From an uncultured Actinomycetes bacterium (GTDB lineage Bacteria > Actinomycetota > UBA4738 > HRBIN12), in the NCBI GenBank assembly GCA_963704885.1, contig CAVPIB010000004.1, forward strand, positions 160,001 to 224,000: DNA of 64,000 nucleotides. The letters run 5' to 3'. A program made the translations under genes and the position numbers. Positions 50,737-61,590 of this stretch are shown here, piece by piece. The notes below the pieces were generated by a model, which saw only the letters and a program-made list of their open reading frames with translations, was not told the DNA's origin and searched no databases. How positions within the stretch are numbered: position 1 is the stretch's first letter; each line of letters starts with the position of its first letter.

Positions 50737-51914
50737 CGCTTCGCACGCTCGACGACCTCGGCGACGTCTCCGGCCTGCGGATCTTCGTCCGCGTGGACTT
50801 CAACGTGCCCTTGCACGACGGCGGGGTCGCAGACGATATGCGGATCCGCGCCACGGTTCCTACGCTCCGGGAGCTGCTCGACGGCGGCGCGCAGCTGGTT
50901 CTGGCATCTCACCTGGGACGGCCCAGGGGCGAGGTGCGCGACGACCTCCGTCTCACGCCGGTCGGAGCCCGGCTGGCGGAGCTGCTGGGCCAGCCGGTGT
51001 TGGCGCTGTCCACCACCGTGCCGGAAACATCGCCCGAGGACCCCGTCGTCCTGCTCGAGAACCTGCGGTTCGATCCGGGCGAGGAGGCGAACGACCCGTT
51101 GTTCGCCGGAGGGCTGGCGGAACTCGCGGACGCCTACGTCGACGATGCGTTCGGGGCGGCCCACCGGGCGCACGCGAGCGTCTCGGCCCTACCTGAGTTG
51201 ATGCTGGCGACGGGACGCCCCGCCGTTGCCGGTCGGCTCCTGCAACGCGAGGTTCAGGTCCTAGGCGACCTCGTACGAGACCCGGCGAGGCCCTACGTGG
51301 CGATCCTCGGCGGGGCAAAGGTGTCGGACAAGCTCGGCACCATCAACGCCCTCCTCGAACGGGTCGACGCCCTGCTGATCGGCGGCGCCATGGCGTTCAC
51401 CCTGATCGCCGCCCGGGGAGGAGCGGTCGGAGACAGCCTGGTGGAGCCCGATCGGTTCGACGAAGTTCTGGCTGCGATCGACCGGGCGGAAGAGCGCGGG
51501 GTCGTGATCGTGATGCCGAGCGATGTCGTCGCGGCCCAAGAGGTTTCCGCCGAGGTGCCGGTCAGGACGGTCCCTGCGGACGAGATCCCTGCCGGTTGGA
51601 AGGGGCTAGATATCGGCCCGGTCACCGTGGCGGCCTTCGCGGACGTGATCGCGTCGGGTGCGACGGTCCTTTGGAACGGACCTATGGGGGTGTTCGAACT
51701 GGAGCCGTTCGCCGCTGGCACGCGTGGCGTGGCCGAGGCCGTGGCGGCCTCCGACGCGTTCAGCGTGGTCGGCGGCGGCGACAGTCTTCTGGCCGTGCGG
51801 CAGTCGGGTCTGGACATCGCGTTCGACCATCTCTCGACCGGCGGCGGCGCCTCGCTCGAGTTCCTGGAGGGCAAGGAGTTGCCAGGCATCACGATCCTGG
51901 AGGACGGCTCGTGA
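50733..51914 (+). CDS. pgk: Phosphoglycerate kinase
   Basis: [46 protein letters not shown]. Confidence 0.98.
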   Translation: MTLRTLDDLGDVSGLRIFVRVDFNVPLHDGGVADDMRIRATVPTLRELLDGGAQLVLASHLGRPRGEVRDDLRLTPVGARLAELLGQPVLALSTTVPETSPEDPVVLLENLRFDPGEEANDPLFAGGLAELADAYVDDAFGAAHRAHASVSALPELMLATGRPAVAGRLLQREVQVLGDLVRDPARPYVAILGGAKVSDKLGTINALLERVDALLIGGAMAFTLIAARGGAVGDSLVEPDRFDEVLAAIDRAEERGVVIVMPSDVVAAQEVSAEVPVRTVPADEIPAGWKGLDIGPVTVAAFADVIASGATVLWNGPMGVFELEPFAAGTRGVAEAVAASDAFSVVGGGDSLLAVRQSGLDIAFDHLSTGGGASLEFLEGKELPGITILEDGS

Positions 51915-52681
51915 GCGAGCGACGCCCGATCATGGCGGCGAACTGGAAGATGCACAAGACGCACCTCGAGGCGATCCAGGCCGTGCAGAAGCTCTCCTAT
52001 CTGTTGGACAAGGATGACGGCGATCGCGTCGAGGTGGTCATCTGTCCGCCCTTCACGGCTTTGCGTTCGGTGCAGACGTTGATCGAGTCCGACCGTCTCG
52101 GGTACGGCCTCGGGGCGCAGAACGTCCACACCCAAGACAAGGGCGCATTCACCGGTGAGGTCTCGCCACCCATGCTCGTGGCGCTGAAGGTCGACTACGT
52201 GATCGTCGGTCACTCCGAGCGACGTGAGCTGTTCAGCGAGGACGATCGGCTGGTCAACAGGAAGGTAAGGGCCGTGTTCGCCCACGGCATGAAGCCGATC
52301 GTGTGCGTCGGGGAAACCCTGGAGGAGCGCGACGCCGGCGGCACCGAGTCGAAGATCCAGCAGCAGGTCAAGCGCGCGTTCGAGGAAGTTCCCCCGGAGC
52401 AGGCAACCTCGGTCGTCGTTGCCTACGAACCGATCTGGGCGATCGGAACGGGCCGCAACGCCGAGCCGGCCGACGCCGGCCAGGTCGTGCAGCTCATCCG
52501 AGGCGTCCTGGGCGAACGCTACGGCGATGCCGTCGCCCAGGGCATCAGGGTCCAGTACGGCGGCAGCGTGAAGCCCGGGAACATCCGAGACTTCATGGCC
52601 CACCCCGAGATCGACGGCGCTCTCGTAGGCGGCGCCAGCCTGGATCCCGAGGACTTCGCTCTCATCGTGAAGTACCGTTGA
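51911..52681 (+). CDS. tpiA: Triosephosphate isomerase
   Basis: [37 protein letters not shown]. Confidence 0.98.
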   Translation: MSERRPIMAANWKMHKTHLEAIQAVQKLSYLLDKDDGDRVEVVICPPFTALRSVQTLIESDRLGYGLGAQNVHTQDKGAFTGEVSPPMLVALKVDYVIVGHSERRELFSEDDRLVNRKVRAVFAHGMKPIVCVGETLEERDAGGTESKIQQQVKRAFEEVPPEQATSVVVAYEPIWAIGTGRNAEPADAGQVVQLIRGVLGERYGDAVAQGIRVQYGGSVKPGNIRDFMAHPEIDGALVGGASLDPEDFALIVKYR

Positions 52682-52692
52682 AGGAGCCTTCG

Positions 52693-53976
52693 GTGAAGAA
52701 GCTTCTGTACGTGTGCCTGGACGGACTCGGCGACGACCCCATCCCCGAACTGGATCACAGAACACCGCTCGAGGCCGCGCCCACGCCTGCGCTAGACGCG
52801 CTCGCCGCCCGTGGTCGGACCGGCTCCGTGGTCACCGTCGGCGAGGGGATCGCCCCGGAGTCCGACATCGCCGTCTTCGCGATCTTGGGCTACGACCCGC
52901 GAGAGGAGCACCCCGGACGCGGCGTCGTTGAGGCCGTCGGTTCGGACATGGAGTTCCGAGACGGGGACCTGGCCTACAGGGTGAACTTCGCCACGGGCGG
53001 ATGGCCCGACATCATCGACCGGCGGGTGGGCCGCGATCTCTCGTCCGAGGAGTCCCATGCACTCGCTGATGAGGTGAACCAGAAGCTCTCGCTCCCCAAC
53101 GCCTCGTTCACGCTGGCGGCCACCGTCGAGCATCGCGGCTCGTTGGTGATCCGCGCGGACGATGGAGCGCTCTCGGCCGAGGTCACCAACACCGATCCCG
53201 CCTACCGCAAGGAAGGGTCCCTCGGGGTGGCGCTCGAGACCTTCGAGCCGATCGTGGCCACCTGCGAGCCGCTGCAGGACCTCGACGCCGCTCATCGAGC
53301 GGCCGAGCTCACGAACCTGTTCGTCCGCGAAGCGGCGAGGATCCTCGACGCCTCTGAGGTCAACGACGAACGGCGTCGTCTGGGGAAGCTCCCTGGGAAC
53401 CTCATCCTCACGCGCGACGGTGGGGACCACCTGCCCGAGCTTCAGGACATCCGCTCGCGCTTCGGCCCCGACTGGGGGTGCTTCGTGGAGATGCCGGTGG
53501 AACGCGGCATCGCGAAGATGCTGGGGATGCATCCGGTCGCGGCGCCTCGCTTGACCATCGACGCCTCGCCTGAGGCGGCGGTCGCGCAGTACGCCGGGTG
53601 GGCGAGCCTGGCGGCCGATGCGCTTGGGGGCTACGACGCGCTCTACGTTCACATAAAGGGCCCAGACGTCCCCGCGCACGACGGCCGGTTCGAAGACAAG
53701 CGCGACGTGATCGCCGCGATAGACGCCGGCTTCTTCTCGGAGATCATGAGAGCCATCGATCCAGCGACCACGATCGTCGCCGTGACCGCCGACCACTCGA
53801 CCTCGTGTGTCCGCAAGGCGCACACCGCCGAGCCGGTCCCGCTCGTGGTGAGCGGGGGCGGCGTTTCGTCGGACGGATCCTCCACCTTCGGGGAGCACGC
53901 ATGCGCCACCGGGTCGCTGGGGCAGCTTAGAGGGGTCGACATCCTCCCTCGCTTGACCTCGCTCATGACGTCGTAG
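52693..53976 (+). CDS. apgM: Cofactor-independent phosphoglycerate mutase, archaeal ApgM type
   Basis: LDGLGD, TPLEAA.TP.LD, PESD, GRGVVEA, DLAYRVNF, HIKGPD..AHDG, TADHST. Confidence 0.9.
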   Translation: MKKLLYVCLDGLGDDPIPELDHRTPLEAAPTPALDALAARGRTGSVVTVGEGIAPESDIAVFAILGYDPREEHPGRGVVEAVGSDMEFRDGDLAYRVNFATGGWPDIIDRRVGRDLSSEESHALADEVNQKLSLPNASFTLAATVEHRGSLVIRADDGALSAEVTNTDPAYRKEGSLGVALETFEPIVATCEPLQDLDAAHRAAELTNLFVREAARILDASEVNDERRRLGKLPGNLILTRDGGDHLPELQDIRSRFGPDWGCFVEMPVERGIAKMLGMHPVAAPRLTIDASPEAAVAQYAGWASLAADALGGYDALYVHIKGPDVPAHDGRFEDKRDVIAAIDAGFFSEIMRAIDPATTIVAVTADHSTSCVRKAHTAEPVPLVVSGGGVSSDGSSTFGEHACATGSLGQLRGVDILPRLTSLMTS

Positions 53977-54066
53977 CTGGTGAGGGTGCGGATTGCGGTT
54001 TCCTGCCGTAACATCCGGCCCTAGATTGCCGAGCCGGGGGGATGCTCCTAACATGCGAGCCCTGTC

Positions 54067-55074
54067 ATGAGGACGCCACGGGACGTCGAGGCTTTGATCG
54101 AGGCCGAGCAAGCGGAGGCCATCGGCACCGGCAACGAGGCTCCCGAGATCCAGGCGCCACAGGATATCGTCGGCCGCTCGCCGTGGGAGATCTTCTGGCG
54201 CCAGTTCAAGAAGGATCGCTGGGCCATCGCCGGTGCCCTCATCGTCATCTTCATGATCCTGATGGCGATCTTCGCCCCACTGTTCGTCAAGATCACCCAT
54301 CACGGTCCGAACGACGTGAACCTGCTGGCCCTTGACTCGTTCGGTCTGCCGGCAGGACCGAGCTCCGAGTACTGGTTCGGCGTGGATGCGACCGGTCGGG
54401 ACCTCTTCGTACGTGTCGTTTACGGCGCTCGGACATCGCTCGTGATCGCGTTCTTCGCCACCGGGATGGCGCTCGTGATAGGAGTGATCCTGGGACTCAT
54501 CGCCGGCTTCTACCGCGGCAAGGTGGACACGGTGATCTCGCGGACGACCGACGTCGTGCTGTCGCTCCCCATCCTGCTGCTGGCGTTGGGCCTGGCCGCC
54601 GCGTGCGGGGCGACCGCCGAGGGCTGCATGGGCGGCCTCATCACGCCTGGGTTGGTGCTGGTCAGCCTCATCATCGGTTTGTTCAGTTGGCCGTACATCG
54701 CCCGCATCATCCGCGGTCAGGTGCTGTCCCTGCGTGAGAAGGAGTTCGTGGAGGCGGCGCGGTCGCTCGGGTCGTCGAACTTCCGGATAGTCCTGCGGGA
54801 GGTTCTGCCGAACGTCGCGGCTCCTATCATCGTGTTCACGACCCTGATCATCCCGTCCAACATCTTGTTCGAAGCCGGACTATCGTTCCTGGGCGTGGGG
54901 GTACCGGACTCCACACCTTCGTGGGGCGCGATGTTGGCCTCGGCCGGCTCCGCGTTCACGTACGCGCCCTGGCTCATGATCTTCCCGGGGGTCGCGCTGT
55001 TCATGACCACCCTGGCGTTCAACCTGGTCGGCGACGGCCTCCGCGACGCACTCGATCCTCGGACCTCGGGCTGA
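54067..55074 (+). CDS. Peptide/nickel ABC permease (OppC/DppC family)
   Basis: FGVDATGRD, RVVYGARTSL, EFVEAARSLG, EAGLSFLG, FNLVGDGLRDALDP. Confidence 0.92.
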   Translation: MRTPRDVEALIEAEQAEAIGTGNEAPEIQAPQDIVGRSPWEIFWRQFKKDRWAIAGALIVIFMILMAIFAPLFVKITHHGPNDVNLLALDSFGLPAGPSSEYWFGVDATGRDLFVRVVYGARTSLVIAFFATGMALVIGVILGLIAGFYRGKVDTVISRTTDVVLSLPILLLALGLAAACGATAEGCMGGLITPGLVLVSLIIGLFSWPYIARIIRGQVLSLREKEFVEAARSLGSSNFRIVLREVLPNVAAPIIVFTTLIIPSNILFEAGLSFLGVGVPDSTPSWGAMLASAGSAFTYAPWLMIFPGVALFMTTLAFNLVGDGLRDALDPRTSG

Positions 55075-55181
55075 CCGTATCCAACAACGGGAACGCGGGA
55101 GGCCGAAGGGAGGACATCAGGCAGCACCGGACCGAAGCGGATGTGCAAGTAGAGACCTGCACCTAGGGAAGGGAGGCACCG

Positions 55182-57053
55182 TTGAAAAGAACACTGAAGA
55201 TGATCGCCGTCGTGGCGGTCCTCGCCGTCGTGGCGGCTGCGTGTAGTAGCGGCGACGACGGAGGAACCGACCAGGGCTCCGACACAGGAGCACCGAGCGC
55301 CGCTACCGACCTGTCGGGCGGCACGCTCCGTATGGGACAGCTGGGAGACGTATCGGCGGCGTTCGATCCGCAGAAGGAGTACTACAGCGTCACGTGGGAG
55401 TATTACCGCTGTTGTTTGACGCGTATGTTGATGTCCTACAAGGGGGTCCCGACCGCCGAGGGCGGCACGCAGATCTTCCCGGACCTGGCCGCGTCCGACC
55501 CGACGATCTCTGACGACGGGCTCACCTGGACGTACTCGATCAAGCCTGGCATCTACTACGGTGACCCGCTCGGCGACGTCGAGATCACGGCCCAGGACTT
55601 CATCCGCGCGATGGAGCGGACCGCCAACTCGAAGGCGAACGTCGGTGGGTACTCGTTCTACTACAGCGTGATCAAGGGCTTCGATGAGTTCGGTGCCGGC
55701 GATGCCGACACGATCTCGGGCATGACCGCTGTGGACGACCACACGCTCCAGATCGAGGTAACCGGCCCGACGGCCGACCTGAGCTACCGCCTGGCCATGC
55801 CGACGGCCGCTCCGATCCCGCCGAACGGTGACGCCCCGTTGGGTGTGGCCCAGGGCCACGACAAGAACTACGGACGGTTCCTGGTGTCCTCCGGCCCCTA
55901 CCAGTTCGAGGGTGCGGACGCGCTCGACTTCTCGGTCCCCGCGGGCGACCAGAAGGAAGTGGCGGGCTACGTCCCAGGTCGTTCGATCGTGCTGGTCCGC
56001 AACCCGCAGTGGGACCCGGCGACCGACGAACTGCGCAAGGCCTACCCGGACCGGATCGAGGTCGCGATCGGCGGCGACAACAACGACCTCTACAACCAGA
56101 TCAAGGCGAACGAGCTGGACTTCGTCGTGGACGGCGCCGTGCCGCCCGAGACGATCCGTGAGTACCAGACCAATCCCGACCTGCAAGGCAAGATCAACGT
56201 GAACCCGTCGGATGCCCTCCGGTACATCTCGTTCAACCTGCTGGTGCCGCCCTTCGACGACATCCACGTCCGCAAGGCGTTCAACTGGGCGTTGGACAAA
56301 GCCGGGATGCGGCAGCTCCGTGGTGGTGAGACGACCGGTGAGATCGCCGGCCACATCATGGTGAACAGCCTGCAAGACAACCTGCTGGTGGACTACGACC
56401 CGTACCCCACACCTAACGCGGCCGGGGACATCGCGCAGGCGATGGAAGAGATGAAGCAGTCGAAGTACGACACCAACCAGGACGGCGTTTGCGACGCGCC
56501 TGAGTGCTCGGACATCCTGGCCATGACAGACAACCAGGATCCTTACCCGAAGCAGGCGGCGCTTATCACGCCGATCATGGAGCAGATCGGGCTGACCTTC
56601 GACGTGAAGGAGCTCGAGCGCACGACCATGTACAACAAGTGCGTCGACATGAACGCGCTCGCCGGCATCTGCCTTGGCCCAGCGTGGGGCAAGGACTACC
56701 CGGCGGGCTTCACGTTCGCCAGCCCGCTCTTCGGAGACGAGAGTCTCTGGGAGAGCTGCTGCAACTACAACGGCCTGGGCGCCACCCCCGAGCAGATCAA
56801 GGAGTGGGGCTACACGGCGGTTACCTCGGTGCCGAGCGTCGACGATGCGATCGACGCATGCGGTGAGGCTGTTGGCGATGCGCTGTTCCAGTGCTGGGCG
56901 GACTTCGACACGATGCTGATGGAGGATGTGGTGCCGTTCGCGCCGTATCTGTTCGACAACAACGTCGACATCATCAGCGACAACGTCGTGAACTACTCGT
57001 TCGACCAGTTCGCGGGTCTCGCAGCGTTCGATCAGATGGCCGTGGCCAGCTGA
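55182..57053 (+). CDS. Peptide ABC substrate-binding lipoprotein (family 5), Cys-rich
   Basis: SD GGGAGG, lipobox AAAC, PDLA...SDDGLTWTY, SGPY, PFDDIHVRKA. Confidence 0.9.
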   Translation: MKRTLKMIAVVAVLAVVAAACSSGDDGGTDQGSDTGAPSAATDLSGGTLRMGQLGDVSAAFDPQKEYYSVTWEYYRCCLTRMLMSYKGVPTAEGGTQIFPDLAASDPTISDDGLTWTYSIKPGIYYGDPLGDVEITAQDFIRAMERTANSKANVGGYSFYYSVIKGFDEFGAGDADTISGMTAVDDHTLQIEVTGPTADLSYRLAMPTAAPIPPNGDAPLGVAQGHDKNYGRFLVSSGPYQFEGADALDFSVPAGDQKEVAGYVPGRSIVLVRNPQWDPATDELRKAYPDRIEVAIGGDNNDLYNQIKANELDFVVDGAVPPETIREYQTNPDLQGKINVNPSDALRYISFNLLVPPFDDIHVRKAFNWALDKAGMRQLRGGETTGEIAGHIMVNSLQDNLLVDYDPYPTPNAAGDIAQAMEEMKQSKYDTNQDGVCDAPECSDILAMTDNQDPYPKQAALITPIMEQIGLTFDVKELERTTMYNKCVDMNALAGICLGPAWGKDYPAGFTFASPLFGDESLWESCCNYNGLGATPEQIKEWGYTAVTSVPSVDDAIDACGEAVGDALFQCWADFDTMLMEDVVPFAPYLFDNNVDIISDNVVNYSFDQFAGLAAFDQMAVAS

Positions 57054-57091
57054 TCGTGGGAGACCTCAAGTAACAGGTGACACGCACGACT

Positions 57092-57122
57092 CGGAGGGGG
57101 CCGCGACGAGCGGCCCCCTCCG
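57092..57122 (+). terminator. 13-bp stem-loop after the SBP gene (stabiliser or partial terminator)
   Basis: CGGAGGGGGCCGC-gacga-GCGGCCCCCTCCG. Confidence 0.6.
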
Positions 57123-57156
57123 GTCGAGCATCGAGCGAGGGCGGGAGGCGTAGCGG

Positions 57157-58128
57157 GTGGGAAGGTACCTGATCCGAAGGTTCCTCTTCATGATCCTGGT
57201 GCTATTCGTCGTCTCCCTGCTCACGTTCCTTATCTTCGTCAAGCTGCCGGCCGGCGATCCCGCGCGCCGTGCCGTCGGTCGCACCACGACCCCTGAGCAG
57301 ATCGAGGCGGCTCGCGTCGCGTTCGGCTTGGACAAACCCATCTACGTGCAGTACGGGCGCTTCGCCAAGGGCCTGCTGCCCTGGCCGGGGCTGTTCCTGA
57401 CGGAGGACGTCTACTACTCCTACGGCAACTTCGTGCCCGTGAAGGAGGAGATCTACAGGCGGCTCCCGGTGACCATCACCCTCGCCCTTGGGGCCGCGGT
57501 CCTCTGGCTCATGCTGGGGATCCCGATCGGGATCATCTCGGGGATCAAGCGCGGATCATTCTGGGATCGGGCGGGCATGCTGTTCGCACTGATCGGTGTC
57601 TCGCTACCGGTGTTCTGGCTAGGGCAGCTGCTCCTGTATTTCTTCTGGTTCAAGTTGGGGGTCGCGCCGGCTTCTGGGCTCGAGATCAACGCGACCATCT
57701 GGCAGTCGATCGCCTCGGGGAGGTTCATCCTGCCGTGGATCACGCTCTCCGTGACATCTGCCGCCTTCTACGCCCGGATGGTGCGCGGCAATCTGATCGA
57801 GACCATGAGCGAGGACTACATCCGTACGGCGAGAGCGAAGGGTCTGCCCGAGAGGCGCGTCATCTTCCGACACGGGCTGCGAGGTGCGCTCACGCCGGTC
57901 GTCACCATGCTCGGACTGGATCTGGGCGCACTTCTGGGTGGCGCGTTCATCACCGAGACGCTGTTCGCGCTCCCCGGCATCGGCCAGCTGGCGGTCAAGT
58001 CGATCGAAACGCAGGACTTCCCCATGGTCATGGGTGTCACGGTCCTGGGGGCTCTGTTCATAGCGTTCGCCAACCTGGTCGTGGATGTGGTCTACGCCTT
58101 CCTCGACCCCAGGGTCAGGTACACGTAG
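57157..58128 (+). CDS. Peptide ABC permease (OppB/DppB family)
   Basis: YLIRR, PAGDPA, EDYIRTARAKGL, TETLFALPGIG, YAFLDPRVR. Confidence 0.93.
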   Translation: MGRYLIRRFLFMILVLFVVSLLTFLIFVKLPAGDPARRAVGRTTTPEQIEAARVAFGLDKPIYVQYGRFAKGLLPWPGLFLTEDVYYSYGNFVPVKEEIYRRLPVTITLALGAAVLWLMLGIPIGIISGIKRGSFWDRAGMLFALIGVSLPVFWLGQLLLYFFWFKLGVAPASGLEINATIWQSIASGRFILPWITLSVTSAAFYARMVRGNLIETMSEDYIRTARAKGLPERRVIFRHGLRGALTPVVTMLGLDLGALLGGAFITETLFALPGIGQLAVKSIETQDFPMVMGVTVLGALFIAFANLVVDVVYAFLDPRVRYT

Positions 58129-59141
58129 TGGCCGACCCGCTCTTGGAGGTCAAGGACCTCAAGGTTCATTTCCACACCGAGGACGGGGTCGTCAAAGCCG
58201 TCGACGGCGTGTCGTTCGGGATCCAGCCGGGGGAGACCCTTGGGATCGTCGGCGAATCGGGATCCGGCAAGAGCGTCAGCGCGCTCACTGTGCTTAGGCT
58301 CACCGACTCGCCACAGGCCAAGATCTCGGGTGAGGTGTGGTTCCGTGGCGTGGATCTGCTGAAGCTGCCGACCGACGAGATGCGCACCATCCGTGGCGCC
58401 AAGATCTCCATGATCTTCCAGGACCCGATGACGTCCCTGCACCCCTTCTACAAGGTCGGCGATCAGATCGCCGAGGCGATCCGCGAACACCAGAAGGTGA
58501 GCAAGAAGGAGGCCTTCGGTCAGGCGGTGGAGATGCTCGGCAAGGTGAACATCCCTCGACCTGAGGAGCGTGCGAAGCAGTTCCCTCACGAGTTCTCCGG
58601 AGGTATGCGTCAGAGGGCCATGATCGCGATGGCACTTGCGCTCAACCCCGACCTGCTGATCGCCGACGAGCCCACGACCGCTCTAGACGTCACCGTTCAG
58701 GCGCAGATCTTGGATCTGATCGACCGCTTGAAGGATGAGTTCAACGCCGCGGTGATCATCATCACGCACGACCTTGGGGTGGTGGCCGAGCACTGCGACA
58801 ACATCCAGGTGATGTATGGGGGCAAGGCAGTGGAGTACGGCAACACCGACGACATCTATTACCGGCCACTGCACCCTTACGCGTGGGGTCTGCTCCGGTC
58901 CATCCCGCGTCTGGACGCGGAGGACAAGGAGCCACTGCATCCGATCCGTGGGCTACCTCCGTCGCTCATCAACGTGCCGACGGGCTGCGCGTTCCATCCT
59001 CGGTGTCCCTACGTGATGGATGTGTGCAGGTCCGACGTCCCCGAGCTAATGCCGGTCGATGGCCACCACGCGTCGGCCTGCCACTTGAGCTTGGCCGACA
59101 AGCAGAGGATCTTGGAGCAGGAGGTCTTGGCCCGAGGATGA
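58128..59141 (+). CDS. Peptide ABC ATP-binding protein (OppD family)
   Basis: [42 protein letters not shown]. Confidence 0.93.
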   Translation: MADPLLEVKDLKVHFHTEDGVVKAVDGVSFGIQPGETLGIVGESGSGKSVSALTVLRLTDSPQAKISGEVWFRGVDLLKLPTDEMRTIRGAKISMIFQDPMTSLHPFYKVGDQIAEAIREHQKVSKKEAFGQAVEMLGKVNIPRPEERAKQFPHEFSGGMRQRAMIAMALALNPDLLIADEPTTALDVTVQAQILDLIDRLKDEFNAAVIIITHDLGVVAEHCDNIQVMYGGKAVEYGNTDDIYYRPLHPYAWGLLRSIPRLDAEDKEPLHPIRGLPPSLINVPTGCAFHPRCPYVMDVCRSDVPELMPVDGHHASACHLSLADKQRILEQEVLARG

Positions 59142-60193
59142 GCACCGAAGTCACCGAGCGCGCCGAACCGCCTTCACCTCCGTCCGGGGAGCCCTTGATC
59201 CGGATCGAAGGGATCAAGAAGTACTTCCCGATCACACGCGGCATCTTGATCCAGCATCACGTCGGCGACGTGCACGCTGTAGACGGCGTCGACCTCGAGG
59301 TGGCACCCGGCGAGACGCTTGGATTGGTGGGGGAGACCGGCTGCGGCAAGTCAACGCTCGCACGTGTGGTGATGCGGCTCTTCGAGCCTACGGAAGGCAG
59401 GATCTGGTTCGATGGCCAGGACATCACTCAACTCAAGGGCGGCGATCTTCGCGAACTCCGTCGCGACATGCAGATGATCTTCCAGGACCCCTACGCGTCC
59501 CTGAACCCGCGCAAGACCATCGGGACCATCATCGGCACACCGTTCCGCCTACACGGCACCGTGCCCCGCAAGACGGTCAAGAGCGAGGTCCAGCAGCTGA
59601 TGGAGCTGGTGGGCCTCAACCCGGAGCACTACAACCGGTACCCGCACGAGTTCTCAGGCGGTCAGCGTCAGCGTATCGGCGTGGCCAGGTCGCTTGCCCT
59701 TCGCCCCAAGCTGATCGTCTGCGACGAGCCGGTTTCGGCCTTGGACGTCTCGGTCCAGGCGCAGATCCTGAACCTCCTGGGCGACCTGCAGGAGGAGTTC
59801 AAGCTCACCTACCTGTTCATCGCCCACGACCTTTCGGTCGTGAAGCACGTGTCGGACCGAGTGGCCGTGATGTACCTGGGCAAGATCGTGGAGATGTCCG
59901 ACGGGAGCACGCTGTACAGGACGCCGAAGCACCCCTACACGGGGGCCCTGCTCTCGGCCGTGCCGGTAGCCGATCCGAACATCGCCAGACAGAAGAAGCG
60001 CATCATCCTCGAAGGGGATGTACCTTCGCCGATCGATCCACCCTCCGGGTGCCGGTTCCACCCCCGTTGTCCCCGGGCGCAGTTCCCGCGCTGCCAGGAG
60101 GATGACCCCCAGTTGATGCCGCAGCATCCCGGACAGGTCGCTGCGTGCCATTTCCCCTTGGAAGACCGTACTATCGAGGCTTCCTCGGACTGA
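59138..60193 (+). CDS. Peptide ABC ATP-binding protein (OppF family)
   Basis: [44 protein letters not shown]. Confidence 0.93.
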   Translation: MSTEVTERAEPPSPPSGEPLIRIEGIKKYFPITRGILIQHHVGDVHAVDGVDLEVAPGETLGLVGETGCGKSTLARVVMRLFEPTEGRIWFDGQDITQLKGGDLRELRRDMQMIFQDPYASLNPRKTIGTIIGTPFRLHGTVPRKTVKSEVQQLMELVGLNPEHYNRYPHEFSGGQRQRIGVARSLALRPKLIVCDEPVSALDVSVQAQILNLLGDLQEEFKLTYLFIAHDLSVVKHVSDRVAVMYLGKIVEMSDGSTLYRTPKHPYTGALLSAVPVADPNIARQKKRIILEGDVPSPIDPPSGCRFHPRCPRAQFPRCQEDDPQLMPQHPGQVAACHFPLEDRTIEASSD

Positions 60194-60208
60194 GCTGGAG
60201 TCTCACGC

Positions 60209-60436
60209 ATGCTGAACACGGTCATCATCGTCCTGGACGTCCTCTCAGCGTTGTTCCTCATCGTCACGATCCTGCTGCACTCCGGGCGCGGGAGCGGCCT
60301 GTCCGACATGTTCGGTGGGGGGAGCAACCTGTCCGGCGGCACCGCCATGGAGCGGACGCTGGACAAGATCACGGTGGCCACTGCCGTCGTCTTCGGGCTC
60401 TGCACCATCTGGCTGGCCTGGCGCTGGAACCCGTAG
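60209..60436 (+). CDS. secG: Preprotein translocase subunit SecG
   Basis: ILLHSGRGSGLSDMFGGG...ERTLDKIT, two transmembrane segments. Confidence 0.95.
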   Translation: MLNTVIIVLDVLSALFLIVTILLHSGRGSGLSDMFGGGSNLSGGTAMERTLDKITVATAVVFGLCTIWLAWRWNP

Positions 60437-60475
60437 AGCACGCGCCCCCCGTTGCTAGAATCCTGACTCGCTCAC

Positions 60476-60565
60476 GTCGGAGTGGCGGAACTTGGTAGAC
60501 GCGCTAGGTTGAGGGCCTAGTGTCCTTCGCAGGACGTGGGGGTTCAAATCCCCCCTCCGACACCA
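60476..60565 (+). tRNA. tRNA-Leu (GAG), CCA encoded
   Basis: GTCGGAG acceptor, TGGCGGAACTTGGTAGACGCG, CTAGG-TTGAGGG-CCTAG, variable arm, GGTTCAAATCC, CTCCGACACCA. Confidence 0.96.
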
Positions 60566-60634
60566 CCTAGAAGTGACGTCTCGCGCGTGCCAGCTCCGAA
60601 TCGAAGTAGGAACGGGCTCGCGAGTAAGGCGAAG

Positions 60635-61075
60635 CTAGCGCCGAACGGCGTCGCGGATGAGCCCGTACGCTGCCGTAGCTGATGCCAGCCCGATGACGAG
60701 CCATGAAGCGAGTGCTTCAGTGGTGGCTGGGGATCTGATGAGTCCGGTCGCCGTCCACACGAGGGCACCGACGTTGGCGGCCAAGGCCGCGATCAGGACA
60801 ACTCGGCCAACGACCCGGGCCTCTCTCCAAGCACCATCTGGCGTTCTTGTCATCAGTGAGCCCGCCCATACGAGCACAGTGATCAGTCCGGCGGAGGTCA
60901 GCAGCCAGGGGACCAACCGGGGCAAAGGTGTTCGGAACCGGTCCGCTACGTAGGCCTCACGAGCGAGCACGTACACGAGCGTGATCATCCGGGCGGCCGC
61001 AACCACCAAGCCCTCTGCGATCAAGAGCCCACCTGCCAACCGGCCGAAGCGATCTGCGCGCTGACCATCGGGCAT
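60635..61075 (-). CDS. Hypothetical membrane protein (about 4 TM)
   Basis: Four hydrophobic stretches; fills the gap after the tRNA; start at ATG 61075 is inferred. Confidence 0.6.
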   Translation of the reverse strand: MPDGQRADRFGRLAGGLLIAEGLVVAAARMITLVYVLAREAYVADRFRTPLPRLVPWLLTSAGLITVLVWAGSLMTRTPDGAWREARVVGRVVLIAALAANVGALVWTATGLIRSPATTEALASWLVIGLASATAAYGLIRDAVRR

Positions 61076-61178
61076 GGAAGCAGTATCCAGCCGCAGGCGA
61101 TCGGCGAGCACTAAGCTGAAGTTATGCAGCGGATCTCATCCGATCGGGAGTGAAGATGGGATCGTCCGGAGGTGAGAC

Positions 61179-61451
61179 GTGGTTCGTCGAGTGACGCCGC
61201 GTTCGCGTCTGCTACGGATCCTTCGGATCGTCATGCTCTCGTTCGCTGCGTTGTTGGCGGCGCTCGGCATCCCGATCATCGTTCGCTCGTCGCACCGTCT
61301 CGGCCAGCGGGGAGAGGTTGTTCTCGACGCCGACGAACCCGATCGGGAAGGCGCGACGACGCTCGACCCGAAAGCCAGACCACCTTTTCCCGGAGTCGGG
61401 GGTGCTGGACACACCCTGAGGCGTTTGGGACACTCGAACCAGATGAGCTAG
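61179..61451 (+). CDS. Small hypothetical membrane-anchored protein
   Basis: SD GGAGGTG before GTG; basic N-terminus plus one hydrophobic segment. Confidence 0.45.
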   Translation: MVRRVTPRSRLLRILRIVMLSFAALLAALGIPIIVRSSHRLGQRGEVVLDADEPDREGATTLDPKARPPFPGVGGAGHTLRRLGHSNQMS

Positions 61452-61524
61452 CTGGCCCTCCTCGGCAGCGCCGCGCGCCACACTTGGCGCCCGGTTCGTG
61501 TACCCAGCCAGGAGGCCGACCGAG

Positions 61525-61590
61525 ATGCTCACTCCCGCCTCAACCAGGAACTTGCCCCGTCCCGCTCGCCCCAGGAGCGTCGTGTTGTGA
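61525..61590 (+). CDS. Putative leader peptide MLTPASTRNLPRPARPRSVVL
   Basis: SD AGGAGG (61510-15), 9 nt, ATG; TGA stop overlaps the GTG start of the ABC-F gene. Confidence 0.5.
   Translation: MLTPASTRNLPRPARPRSVVL

Noticed and set aside
55095-55135. Glycine-riboswitch-like words (GCCGAAGG...TCAGG) before the peptide SBP
   Set aside because: Too short and lacks the pairing segments of the aptamer
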